Assembly: GCA_016213435.1 (NCBI GenBank)
Contig: JACRAL010000037.1
Coordinates: forward strand, 19,503 to 83,502
Length of the DNA stretch: 64,000 bases
Direction: 5' to 3'
Origin: Bacteroidota bacterium
GTDB taxonomy: Bacteria > Bacteroidota > Bacteroidia > Palsa-948
Shown: positions 1 to 9,143 of the stretch, in pieces
Layout of the letters: each line of letters opens with the position of its first letter
Position numbering within the stretch: position 1 is the stretch's first letter
Program-made: the position numbers and the translations under genes
The notes under the pieces: generated by a model
What the model was told of the DNA's origin: nothing
The model's database searches: none
Seen by the model: the letters and a program-made list of their open reading frames with translations, nothing else

Positions 1-829
1 CGAATTTTTCCACGCAAAAACTTGCCATTGCCGATCCGAAGATAATGGCGCGTTTCATATTCTCAAATGAAATGTCTTTTGTTTTAGCGAGATAACCGAT
101 AAATCCGCCCGCGAAGGAATCTCCTGCACCGGTAGGATCAAACACTTCTTCGAGCGGAAGTGCGGGCGCAAAGAACACTTGTTCCTTGTTGAAGAGTAAT
201 GCTCCGTGTTCTCCTTTTTTAATGATGAGAATTTTTGGTCCCATCGCTAGAATTTTCTGAGCCGCTTTTACGAGAGAATATTCTTTGGATAGAATTCTGG
301 CTTCTTCATCATTTACAGTGAGCACGTCCACCATTGTAAGTGTTTTTACTAACTCATCCCATGCCACGTTCATCCAGAAATTCATGGTGTCGAGTACAAT
401 AAGCTTCGGGCGCTTGGGTAGCTGGGTGATTACCTGTTGCTGAACGGATGGCGTTAGGTTTCCGAGCATCAGGAAGTCACAGTTCTTATAGGAATCAGGA
501 ACGATCGGGTTGAAATCTGCAAGCACGTTTAATTCCGTGACGAGCGTATCGCGCGTATTCATATCCACGTGATATTTTCCGGACCAGAAAAAACTTTTTT
601 CTCCTTTCTTGATCTGCAATCCTTCAGTATTTACATGATGCTTTTGCATCATCTCAATGGATTCTTTTGGAAAATCGTCTCCCACTACCGATACGAGATT
701 AATTTTATTTGTAAAATAAGACGCGGCAAGCGAAATGTAGGTGGCGGCTCCACCGATAATTTTATCAGTTTTTCCGAAAGGGGTTTCGATGGCGTCAAAT
801 GCGACTGTACCTACAACGAGTAAACTCAT
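1..829 (-). CDS. PfkB-family sugar/carbohydrate kinase (3' end runs off the window)
   Basis: Absent from the ORF track because no stop lies in the window. Manual minus-strand translation from the ATG at 829-827 gives MSLLVVGTVAFDAIETPFGKTDKIIGGAATY..., with the PfkB signature DPTGAGDSFAGGF near nt 100-140. Confidence 0.85.
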   Translation of the reverse strand, partial: MSLLVVGTVAFDAIETPFGKTDKIIGGAATYISLAASYFTNKINLVSVVGDDFPKESIEMMQKHHVNTEGLQIKKGEKSFFWSGKYHVDMNTRDTLVTELNVLADFNPIVPDSYKNCDFLMLGNLTPSVQQQVITQLPKRPKLIVLDTMNFWMNVAWDELVKTLTMVDVLTVNDEEARILSKEYSLVKAAQKILAMGPKILIIKKGEHGALLFNKEQVFFAPALPLEEVFDPTGAGDSFAGGFIGYLAKTKDISFENMKRAIIFGSAMASFCVEKF

Positions 830-852
830 GAGAAAGAGGGTTGAAATTTAAA

Positions 853-897
853 GTCTAAAGGTTAAAGTTGGTATTTTTTTGACTTTAAGCTTTAGAC
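853..897 (-). terminator. Hairpin with a 16-bp stem and 1 mismatch, downstream of the tRNA-Asn fragment
   Basis: gtctaaaggttaaagt (853-868) pairs with actttaagctttagac (882-897). A T-rich tract follows on the minus strand. Confidence 0.4.
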
Positions 898-912
898 GTT
901 AAACTATTTTCG

Positions 913-954
913 CTCCTCGAGCAGGACTTGAACCTGCGACCCTCTGATTAACAG
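913..954 (-). pseudogene. tRNA-Asn(GTT) 3' half only (anticodon loop to acceptor end); the 5' half is missing
   Basis: The reverse complement reads CTGTTAA-TCAGA-GGGTC-GCAGGTTCAAGTCCTGC-TCGAGGA-G. This gives an anticodon loop with GTT, a T-arm and the 3' acceptor strand. The sequence beyond nt 954 cannot form the 5' anticodon stem or the D-arm. Confidence 0.6.
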
Positions 955-995
955 TGAACCTATAAAACCTTATCGAGCAGGGGTGTAAAAGTAAC

Positions 996-1019
996 AAAAA
1001 CTTTGAATTCAAAGTTTTT
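996..1019. repeat. Perfect 24-bp palindrome AAAAACTTTGAATTCAAAGTTTTT
   Basis: Read directly. It lies in the 245-bp filler between the tRNA-Asn fragment and the truncated phoU, and could be a hairpin or an operator. Confidence 0.6.
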
Positions 1020-1222
1020 TTGAAGGTTTTTACTTGTTTTTAGAAATTTTTCTTGAAAAAAGACATCACACCAAGAAATGCATAATCAACGAATTTTCGC
1101 ACATTTAAAAACAAAAACCACACTTTAAACCACACTCAAGTTTCAGCTACTTTTTCAACCCCATCCAGTATCATCCATCACCACCACCTCCACATAAAAA
1201 TTACAATCTCGTTACCCAGCAA

Positions 1223-1822
1223 TTGAAAAAAACGCAAGAAGCACTGGTTACATTAGACAAAGACCTGGCGCGTGAAGTCATTGCCAATGAAAAACGGGTC
1301 AATGGATTTGAATTAAAAATTGACCGTGACTGTGAAAACATTTTTGCGCTCTTCAATCCTGTTGCTGTTGACCTGCGTTTTGTCCTTTCAGTTCTCAAAA
1401 CCAATAACAACCTTGAGCGCACTGGCGACATTGCTGAAGGCATTGCTAAGTTTATCGTCAATGCTGGTCGTTCATTCGATGAAAAGCTATTATCGCAAAC
1501 CGAAACGCTTACAATGTTTGAAGAAGCAACCGACATGCTTCAGGATGTACTTACCGCATTTACAAACGAGGATACAAAACTTGCCCGAAGAATTTTCCAT
1601 CGCGATGAGATGCTTGATGAGATAAATATCAAAGCCAACGCTGTAGTTGCCGATTACATCCGAAAGAATCCTGATAACTTAGAACAGGGACTCTATATTC
1701 TATCTACCATCCGCAAACTCGAACGCATTGGCGATCAATGCAAAAACATAGCGGAAGAGATTATTTTTTATGTGGAAGCCAAAGTATTAAAGCATCATCC
1801 CGGAAAGCAAAAGGAAGATTAA
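1223..1822 (+). CDS. phoU: Phosphate-uptake regulator PhoU, missing about 30 N-terminal residues (TTG start in ORF track)
   Basis: Two PhoU repeats are present (..PVAVDLRFVLSVLKTNNNLERTGDIAEG.. and ..TIRKLERIGDQCKNIAEEIIFYV..). Homology starts at about nt 1205 (NLVTQQL), which corresponds to about residue 30 of E. coli PhoU. No pst genes lie upstream. Confidence 0.85.
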   Translation: MKKTQEALVTLDKDLAREVIANEKRVNGFELKIDRDCENIFALFNPVAVDLRFVLSVLKTNNNLERTGDIAEGIAKFIVNAGRSFDEKLLSQTETLTMFEEATDMLQDVLTAFTNEDTKLARRIFHRDEMLDEINIKANAVVADYIRKNPDNLEQGLYILSTIRKLERIGDQCKNIAEEIIFYVEAKVLKHHPGKQKED

Positions 1823-1837
1823 TATTTGAAGTGCATA

Positions 1838-1951
1838 GAAAATAAAAAATGGAGTTACGATTTTTCAGTTCGTATCCCCCCTTCAGTACCCGGAGGTGGT
1901 TCAGATAGCTATCGGAATGAACCCCCACATCTTGCGGCATACGCCCCTCAA
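1838..1951 (-). pseudogene. Diverged partial copy of tRNA-Leu (3' two-thirds) plus its downstream terminator region
   Basis: tgaacccccacatcttgcggcatacgcccctcaa and gtacccggagg match tRNA-Leu at 9144-9195. An insertion of about 15 nt disrupts the T-stem. aataaaaaatggagttacgattttt matches 9099-9123. Confidence 0.7.
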
Positions 1952-2112
1952 TGAAGATCAATAGCGTCCTAAACGTTTTTCTTATAAATGGTTTAGGACA
2001 GCTAAAGTGTTCATGAAAAAACATTGATAGGGTTCGTTTTAAGTTTTTAAATTATTTGTGATATTTAGATTGAAATTGGGCTTTTGGGGATGCAAAAAAA
2101 ATAATTAGGACA

Positions 2113-2352
2113 TCATTGGTTGAAGATGTATTGTTTGGATTTCATTTTCTTAATGTGCTTTTCAATATGCCTTGCTTGCCGATATTCGATATTCTCAATG
2201 GAGAAAAACAATTCCCAATCATCAGTTTTTGCAGTAAAACTGTTTTTGTAAAGTTTTTCTAGATGTTGGTCTATTCGGAGTTTTATTTCATGGCAGCTGC
2301 CTGTGTAGAAACGATTAAGCCGTTTTGAATACAGAATATAAACAGAAGCCAT
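2113..2352 (-). CDS. GIY-YIG nuclease family protein (small, stand-alone)
   Basis: 79 aa, VYILYS...RFYTGSC...R..QH; the size and motifs fit the small GIY-YIG family. Confidence 0.7.
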   Translation of the reverse strand: MASVYILYSKRLNRFYTGSCHEIKLRIDQHLEKLYKNSFTAKTDDWELFFSIENIEYRQARHIEKHIKKMKSKQYIFNQ

Positions 2353-2388
2353 GAAAAAAAAGTAAGCAGGAGAATTCTGCTTTTATGT

Positions 2389-2476
2389 TGTACACCGAAG
2401 GTACGAAATCTCTAACCAGTTCATAGAAGATTTTCATCGAATTAACGAACTCATGTCCTTTCTCATACCTAAATAA
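2389..2476 (+). repeat. 88-bp direct repeat, copy 1 (the first 34 nt are identical to copy 2)
   Basis: tgtacaccgaaggtacgaaatctctaaccagttc... It reads as a C-terminal coding remnant, VHRRYEISNQFIEDFHRINELMSFLIPK*. Confidence 0.8.
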
Positions 2477-2533
2477 ATGCTATTTTGACATTTTGGATTG
2501 TTGCTTTATTCAATCGATAAAGGCACATTTCTG

Positions 2534-3670
2534 TCATTCATCAGAAGTATTTTTCATTTTCATTAACAAATTATATGCTCCTTTGGAAACAATATTTTTT
2601 TCTGAAAGCCCGTTTGTGTCATTTAAAATAATTTCGGTAAATCCGTTTTCGGTGTTGCCTGTATTTACTTCCTCCATTTCAAATTCATTATTCCCTTTTA
2701 CTGCAAAAGCATATTGCTTGTTCTCAAAATTCACAATAGCGTCAGAAGGTAAAACCCAGGCGTTATTGCTTTGCACTTCTATTTCGGCATTCATAAACAT
2801 TCCGGGGATAAGTGTTACATCCTGTTTCTCAAAATGACAATGGACTTCAACGCTTCTGTCTTGTCCAAAATCTTTCCCGATGAAAATAATTTCGCAAGGA
2901 TGTTTTTTTTCAGGACTGTTATTTGCGTAAGAAATGAGTTTCTGACCAATGAAAAGTTTATTAATTTCCTTTTCAAAAATATTCAACGCAAGGTTTATGT
3001 CGGCAGGGTTCACAATTTCAAACAATACATCTTCTGGTTTAACGTATTTGCCGATGTTCACATTTACTTTTGAAACGAATCCGTCAATAGGTGAAGCGAT
3101 GGTTATGCTTCTTGATAGATTGTTTTCATTCAGCGTTTCAGAATTGATGCCAATGAGTTGTAGCTTCTCCGAAAGTGATTTCACTAATACTTTCTGCGAA
3201 GTGTAATCGGCTTGTGACTGCTGAAATATTTTATCACTGCTGGCTTTGCTTTGGTTGAGGTCTTTCTGCCGATTAAATTCGGCTTCGGTGAAAATGAGTT
3301 TTGCTTTTGCGGTTAAATAGTCCTGTTGCAGTTGGATATACTGCTGGTCTTCCATCACAGCAATAGTTTCTCCTTTGCCGATTCGCATACCTACCAAAAG
3401 TTTCGTGGATTTCAAATATCCTCCCAATGGAACACTGATGGATACCATATTTTGCGGTGGAACATCAATCATTCCGTTCACTTTTAGAATAGAGGAAATA
3501 TTTCTCTTCTCTATTTTTCCTATTACAACGCCCGCATTCTTAAGTTGGGCATCGGTGAGTTGAACGATGTTGTCATGCGCGGTTGTTGCAGATTTGTTTC
3601 CGGCTTCGGGTTTGCTGTTGCAAGAGGTGAGTATTGCAAACAGTATTGACAGGATGGCTATATTTTTCAT
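2534..3670 (-). CDS. Efflux RND periplasmic adaptor subunit (CzcB/CusB, HlyD family), lipoprotein
   Basis: 378 aa with an LTSC lipobox signal. It has the typical MFP barrel-sandwich and coiled-coil layout and lies directly downstream of the RND pump. Confidence 0.85.
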   Translation of the reverse strand: MKNIAILSILFAILTSCNSKPEAGNKSATTAHDNIVQLTDAQLKNAGVVIGKIEKRNISSILKVNGMIDVPPQNMVSISVPLGGYLKSTKLLVGMRIGKGETIAVMEDQQYIQLQQDYLTAKAKLIFTEAEFNRQKDLNQSKASSDKIFQQSQADYTSQKVLVKSLSEKLQLIGINSETLNENNLSRSITIASPIDGFVSKVNVNIGKYVKPEDVLFEIVNPADINLALNIFEKEINKLFIGQKLISYANNSPEKKHPCEIIFIGKDFGQDRSVEVHCHFEKQDVTLIPGMFMNAEIEVQSNNAWVLPSDAIVNFENKQYAFAVKGNNEFEMEEVNTGNTENGFTEIILNDTNGLSEKNIVSKGAYNLLMKMKNTSDE

Positions 3671-3682
3671 TGTCTTATAATT

Positions 3683-6600
3683 TTATTTATTTGTAAAAGA
3701 ATTTATTTTGATGATACTTTGGTTCATGCTTTTTACTGCATCCAGATATTCGCTTTGAATGGTGATGGCGTTATTGGTAAGCAGTACCCATTCCAAATAA
3801 TTGATGTCGCCATTTTTAAATTGAAGGTTGGCAGTTTTAATAATTGTGTCTGCATTTTTCAATGCTGCGCCCTCGTAATAATTTACTGTTTGTAGATTTT
3901 TATTGTACTGCAAAACGGCTTGTTGATATTCAGTTTTCATTGTTTTCATTCCGAGCAAATAATTGTTCTGCAAAATCTGCCAATTTATTTTCATTGCACC
4001 GATGCCTGATCTTTGTGAGCCGAAAAACAAAGGAATGCCGATGCCAACCTGAAATGATTGAAAGCGGTTAGATGCAGAGTAAAACTTTTCATCTGAGCCA
4101 AAGCCCTGTATGCTCATGTTATTATAGGAAGCGAAAAGATTCGGGAGAAGTTTTGATTTTTCTAATTTGAATTCAGCCAAGCCGATTTGCTGCTGCTGCT
4201 GCAATTGTTTGATGAAAGGATGCTGTTGAATTACGGAAGTGTCAGCCAATACAGGCAAAAGGATTTTGAAATTACTTTCGGATGGAATAAAATCCGTATT
4301 CGTATTAAGCAGTAATTTGAATTGGAGTTGCAGAATGGAAAAATCGTTTTGCAGTTCTTTGAGTTGAATACTGATCTGCCCCCGCTGTGTTTCGGCAGTG
4401 GTTTTTTCCAGAACATTGCTTTCCCCCTTGCTGAAACGTTGTTCTGCATTTTGCAGAAAGGCTGCATAAATGCTGTCGGTATGCCCTAAGAGTTTTTGTT
4501 TCTGCCCCAAGTAAAGCAAATCATAATAAACCTGCGTAACTTGCTTCTTCAATTCGTTCTCCTTTACAGAGATATTCAGCATTCCGCTTTTCCATTCTTC
4601 GTTGAAAACAGTTTTTTGTCTTGCATACACCGAAGGGAATTGTATGCTTTGCGTTATTCCGAATTTGTTATCGGTGTATGCGCTGTTTATTTGTCCGTAA
4701 TCATACGAAACAGTTGTTTGTGGAATATCCCACGCAGTACCTTTGATCTTTTGTAAATAATCTGCGTTTAGTTTTTCGTTTCGCAATGAAAGATTATTTT
4801 TAAATGCTGTATCAATGGCGTTTTGCAGTGTAATTGGATTTTGTGCTATTGCATTGTTTGCAAACAAAAGGGTTGCAATGAAAATTACTGTTACTGCGGA
4901 AGGGTTTATTTTCTTCTTCCTGAAAGAAATTCCTTTTTCAAACATAATATATAAGATTGGTAAAACAAACAGGGTAAGAAATGTTGCGATCAATAAACCA
5001 CCGATAACAACTGTTGCCAAAGGTCTTTGCACAGAAGCGCCTGCACCGTTGCTTAATGCCATCGGTAAAAATCCCAATGCAGGAACCGCTCCTGTCATCA
5101 GCACCGAACGCAAACGGATTTTTGTTCCCTGAATGACAATTCTTTTTAAATCGTCAACCCCTTCGATTTTTATACGATTAAATTCTGCAATCAAAATAAT
5201 ACCGTTCAGCACCGCTACACCGAATAAAGCAATGAAACCCACACCTGCTGAAATGCTGAAGGGTATTCCAAAAATTGCCAATGCAAATATTCCGCCAATG
5301 GCAGATAACGGTATTGCAGAGTAAACGAGCAAGCCTTGTTTTACAGAATTAAACGTGAAATACAGCATCAGGAAAATAAGGAGAAGCGCAACAGGAACAG
5401 CTATGCTTAATCTTTTTTGAGCGGCTTGCAGATTCTCAAATGCGCCTCCATAAGTTATGTAATAGCCGGGAGGTAATTTTATTTGTTTATCTGTTTTTTC
5501 CTGTAACTCATTCACCATGCTTTGAACATCCCTGCCCCGAACATTAAAACCAATTATGATCCTTCTCTGCGCATCTTCGCGTTGAATTTGATTGGGTCCC
5601 TCAATGATCTCAACTTTGGCAACTGCACTTAAAGGAATTTGAATTCCCTGCGGGGCAGGAATTAAAAGGTTCTGCACATCCTGTACATCTTTTCGTTGCT
5701 CTCCGCTCAAACGAACCACGAGGTCAAAACGCCTTTCTCCTTCATAAACAAGCCCGCTGCTTTGTCCTGCAAATGCGGTGTTCACTACTTTATTGATGTC
5801 GGAAATATTTAAACCATACTGTGCAATCGCTGAACGATTATATTGGATTACGATTTGAGGCATCCCGGTAACAGCTTCCACATATAAGCCGCTGCTGCCC
5901 TGAACGGTATTGCATATCTCGCCTAATTTTTTCGCATAGTAAGCAAGCGTATCTAAGTTCTCCCCAAAAATTTTGCAAACCACATCCTGCCTTGCACCTG
6001 AAATTAATTCGTTGAAACGCATTTGAACAGGGTACTGAAAGCCAAAAGTTACACCCGGAATTTCCTCCAGTTCCTTGCTCATTTTTGCTTCTATTTCTGG
6101 AAATGTTTTTGCCGATGTCCATTTGCTTTTATCTTTCAGAATTATCATCATATCGGTTGCGTCAATCGGCATGGGATCGGTGGGAATTTCGCTGCTGCCT
6201 GTTTTGCCGACTATTTTTTCTACTTCAGGAAATTTTGCCAACAAAATTTTGGATGCCTTGGAAATTGCATCCATAGAAGTATTAAGATTACTCCCTGTAA
6301 GCACACGGGTTTCCACCGCAAAATCACCTTCTTCCAGTGAAGGAATAAATTCACCACCTAATTGTGTCATAACAAAAATTGAAACGGCAAAAAGCAAACC
6401 TGCTGAACCAATGATCGTTTTCGGGAATTTTAAAATTTTGTCAAGGGAATGCTGATAGAGGACCTCCAGCCATTCCATCATTCTGTCAGAAAATGTTTTT
6501 TTGTGCGAAATGTTTTTGCTTAAAAACAGTGCGCTCATCATAGGAATATAAGTGAGCGAAAGAATGAATGCCCCAAGCAAAGCGAAAATCACTGTTTGAG

Positions 6601-8041
6601 CCATAGGCAAAAACATTTTTCCTTCAATTCCTTCTAATGCAAAAATCGGCAAATACACTATGAGGATTATGATCTGCCCGAACACAGCGCTATTCATAAT
6701 GCGGCTCACGGATGTTCCTGCCTCCGTGTCCATTTCCGCCTGACTTAATTTATTGATGCCTGTAAAATGTTTGCTGTGCGTGAGACGGTGCATTACCGCT
6801 TCCACCAGAATTACTGCGCCATCCACAATCAAACCGAAATCCAATGCACCCAAGCTCATCAGGTTTCCACTTACGCCAAATAAGTTCATCAGGATTACTG
6901 CAAATAACATAGCAAGTGGAATGACGGATGCGATTAAAAGTCCTCCTCTGAAATTTCCAAGAAATAAGATCAGAACGAAAATTACAATCAATACGGCTTC
7001 CAATAAATTCTGCTCAACTGTTCCGATGGCATTGTTCACCATTTTTGTGCGGTCAATGAAAGCATCAATCATTACTCCTTCGGGCAAAGATTTTTGAATT
7101 TGTGCTATACGATCTTTTATTCTTTCGATCACTTCATTGCTGTTTTCCCCTTTCAGCATCATTACCACTGCGCCTGCAACTTCCCCTTTGCCGTTGTAGG
7201 TCATTGCACCGTAGCGGGTAGCGCTTCCGAAGCGGACATCTGCCACATCCCGGATGAGAAGAGGTGTGCCGTTGGAAAGGTTTTTTACTACGATATTTTT
7301 TATGTCGTCAAAAGTTCCAACCAATCCTTCACTGCGGATGAATAAAACTGTCGGACCCTTTTCAATATAGGCTCCGCCTGTGTTTTGATTATTGTTTTCC
7401 AAAGCGGTAAACACATCGCTGATCGTAATATTATTCGCTTTCAATTTTGCAGGGTCAACGGCAATCTCATATTGCTTTAAGTATCCGCCAACACTTGCAA
7501 CATCCGCAACGCCTTTCACGCCAAGCAACTGTCTTCGCACGATCCAATCCTGAATGGTGCGAAGTTCCATTGCAGAATATTTATTCTCATATCCTTTTTT
7601 TGCACGAACAGCATATTGATAAATTTCTCCAAGCCCTGTGGTAACAGGTGCAAGCGTGGGTGTTCCAAAACCTTTCGGGATTTGGTTTTGTACCTGTTGC
7701 AAGCGTTCTGTTACCTGCTGTCTTGCCCAATATACATCCACTTTATCATCAAACACAATCGTAACAACTGATAAGCCGAAACGGGAAAAACTTCTGATTT
7801 TTTTCAGCCCCGGAATGTTGCTGTTAACCTGCTCAATAGGAAAAGTTATAAGGCGTTCTACATCGGGCGCACCAAGAGCAGGTGCAATGGTTATTACCTG
7901 CACCTGATTGTCAGTAATGTCAGGCACTGCATCTATTGGCAGTTTGGTAAACTGATAACTACCGTAACCGATAAGAAACAGAACAAAAATTCCGATAACG
8001 AGCTTGTTCTTTATGGAGAACGCAATTATTTTATTGAGCAT
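3683..8041 (-). CDS. CusA/CzcA-type heavy-metal RND pump fused to a TolC/CzcC-like outer-membrane factor (1452 aa)
   Basis: The first ~1040 aa are CzcA-like (12-TM RND). A signal-peptide-like hydrophobic linker follows (RKKKINPSAVTVIFIATLLFANNAIAQ), then ~400 aa of OMF-like repeats. Confidence 0.85.
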   Translation of the reverse strand: MLNKIIAFSIKNKLVIGIFVLFLIGYGSYQFTKLPIDAVPDITDNQVQVITIAPALGAPDVERLITFPIEQVNSNIPGLKKIRSFSRFGLSVVTIVFDDKVDVYWARQQVTERLQQVQNQIPKGFGTPTLAPVTTGLGEIYQYAVRAKKGYENKYSAMELRTIQDWIVRRQLLGVKGVADVASVGGYLKQYEIAVDPAKLKANNITISDVFTALENNNQNTGGAYIEKGPTVLFIRSEGLVGTFDDIKNIVVKNLSNGTPLLIRDVADVRFGSATRYGAMTYNGKGEVAGAVVMMLKGENSNEVIERIKDRIAQIQKSLPEGVMIDAFIDRTKMVNNAIGTVEQNLLEAVLIVIFVLILFLGNFRGGLLIASVIPLAMLFAVILMNLFGVSGNLMSLGALDFGLIVDGAVILVEAVMHRLTHSKHFTGINKLSQAEMDTEAGTSVSRIMNSAVFGQIIILIVYLPIFALEGIEGKMFLPMAQTVIFALLGAFILSLTYIPMMSALFLSKNISHKKTFSDRMMEWLEVLYQHSLDKILKFPKTIIGSAGLLFAVSIFVMTQLGGEFIPSLEEGDFAVETRVLTGSNLNTSMDAISKASKILLAKFPEVEKIVGKTGSSEIPTDPMPIDATDMMIILKDKSKWTSAKTFPEIEAKMSKELEEIPGVTFGFQYPVQMRFNELISGARQDVVCKIFGENLDTLAYYAKKLGEICNTVQGSSGLYVEAVTGMPQIVIQYNRSAIAQYGLNISDINKVVNTAFAGQSSGLVYEGERRFDLVVRLSGEQRKDVQDVQNLLIPAPQGIQIPLSAVAKVEIIEGPNQIQREDAQRRIIIGFNVRGRDVQSMVNELQEKTDKQIKLPPGYYITYGGAFENLQAAQKRLSIAVPVALLLIFLMLYFTFNSVKQGLLVYSAIPLSAIGGIFALAIFGIPFSISAGVGFIALFGVAVLNGIILIAEFNRIKIEGVDDLKRIVIQGTKIRLRSVLMTGAVPALGFLPMALSNGAGASVQRPLATVVIGGLLIATFLTLFVLPILYIMFEKGISFRKKKINPSAVTVIFIATLLFANNAIAQNPITLQNAIDTAFKNNLSLRNEKLNADYLQKIKGTAWDIPQTTVSYDYGQINSAYTDNKFGITQSIQFPSVYARQKTVFNEEWKSGMLNISVKENELKKQVTQVYYDLLYLGQKQKLLGHTDSIYAAFLQNAEQRFSKGESNVLEKTTAETQRGQISIQLKELQNDFSILQLQFKLLLNTNTDFIPSESNFKILLPVLADTSVIQQHPFIKQLQQQQQIGLAEFKLEKSKLLPNLFASYNNMSIQGFGSDEKFYSASNRFQSFQVGIGIPLFFGSQRSGIGAMKINWQILQNNYLLGMKTMKTEYQQAVLQYNKNLQTVNYYEGAALKNADTIIKTANLQFKNGDINYLEWVLLTNNAITIQSEYLDAVKSMNQSIIKINSFTNK
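4844..4921 (-). other. Internal signal-peptide/TM-like linker between the RND and OMF halves
   Basis: A basic RKKK is followed by a hydrophobic stretch and an AIA-Q signal-peptidase-like site. Confidence 0.5.
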
Positions 8042-8126
8042 GACTTTTTCTTTATTGATAAATGAATGGCATACACATAGTTACTGCCTTGCAGTAAGAA
8101 GTGCTGCTTACCTTTCGGAAAGCGGG

Positions 8127-8483
8127 TTAACCAATAAAAACAGGAGGTGCGCGGAGAGAAGCGGAACAATTATAATTTTCAGGCGGTGGAAATTCCTCAT
8201 ACATTCCGCATTCCGTATGCTTTTCTGTAAAAGAAATATCGGTCAGTAAAGTGATATTGGGAAGCAAAAATAATTGCGATACAAAATCAGGGGTGACACT
8301 AATTTGCCCGTTTGTAGTAATGAAATTATCGTCTAATTGTCCGAAAGAAAAAATGCTATGGTCGTCATCGTGATGGTGCTGTGTAATTTCAATCGGGTCA
8401 TTATGATGATGGGCAATGAGGTTATGCGCCAGCAGAAAAACACAGGCAATCGTTACAAATAATTTAGGGAATAACAATTTCAT
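8127..8483 (-). CDS. Small secreted His-rich protein, first gene of the efflux cassette
   Basis: A signal-like N-terminus is followed by AHHHNDPIEITQHHHDDDH. It lies 85 nt upstream of the pump on the same strand. Confidence 0.55.
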   Translation of the reverse strand: MKLLFPKLFVTIACVFLLAHNLIAHHHNDPIEITQHHHDDDHSIFSFGQLDDNFITTNGQISVTPDFVSQLFLLPNITLLTDISFTEKHTECGMYEEFPPPENYNCSASLRAPPVFIG

Positions 8484-8634
8484 TAGACAAAAATAGCCAA
8501 AAAAATTCAGAATGGGAATTGAACTTCAAAAATACCTACATAACAAATACTTATCTAATTTCTACGCAAATTGTAATGGAATGGACTTGAACCAAAAAGC
8601 CCTTAAACACAACAGTTTAAAGGATTTTCTTAAA

Positions 8635-8722
8635 TGTACACCGAAGGTACGAAATCTCTAACCAGTTCTTACAAGATTTTGAACGAATTAACGATCTTAT
8701 GCCCTTCCTTAAACCAAAGTAA
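8635..8722 (+). repeat. 88-bp direct repeat, copy 2
   Basis: It has the same 34-nt core as 2389-2422. The tail differs mostly by conservative codon changes (VHRRYEISNQFLQDFERINDLMPFLKPK*). Confidence 0.8.
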
Positions 8723-8725
8723 TTG

Positions 8726-8974
8726 TCATTTTAACTGCATAATGGAGTTTTCCTCTTTTGTCCAATTACGGACGTTATATAAGCGTACGCCCTTTCGATT
8801 AAAATGTTGAGTAATAATTTCAAATCCCCTGTTTCTTATTGTATCTGTCGGATAAGAAATTGATGCTGTTATATCACGAATATTCCGAACTGTATCTGGG
8901 ATTATTTTATTTAACATATTCTGCAATTCAGAAATCGAAATTTCATGAATGCTATCAAGTACACCGATAAACAA
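8726..8974 (-). CDS. Hypothetical protein (82 aa), possibly a gene fragment
   Basis: An ORF only; I recognise no motif. Confidence 0.25.
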   Translation of the reverse strand: MFIGVLDSIHEISISELQNMLNKIIPDTVRNIRDITASISYPTDTIRNRGFEIITQHFNRKGVRLYNVRNWTKEENSIMQLK

Positions 8975-9110
8975 AATTTACAGAAAATAGTTTTTCCTGA
9001 AGGTGTTCAGTATCATCGGCAAAAGGATGAATATCTAACCCCAAGAGTAAATCGAGTATTCGAGTTTGTACTCTATGTATCAAAGCATTACGATGGAAAT
9101 AAAAATGGGA
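8945..9110 (+). pseudogene. Possible C-terminal remnant of a recombinase gene abutting tRNA-Leu
   Basis: KQNLQKIVFPEGVQYHRQKDEYLTPRVNRVFEFV resembles the C-terminal tail I associate with Bacteroidota serine recombinases. The frame opens only at nt 8915 and then reads through the tRNA. Confidence 0.3.
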
Positions 9111-9138
9111 GCTTCGATTTTTATGTCGAAAACTCCCA
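9096..9138 (-). terminator. Hairpin plus T-run after tRNA-Leu
   Basis: tgggagcttcga (9106-9117) pairs with tcgaaaactccca (9126-9138) with a bulge. TTTTTATTT follows on the minus strand. Confidence 0.55.
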
Positions 9139-9143
9139 TTCCG

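Noticed and set aside
1761-2024. 87-aa minus-strand ORF
   Set aside because: It spans the tRNA-Leu pseudo-copy and the 3' end of phoU, so it is most likely spurious.
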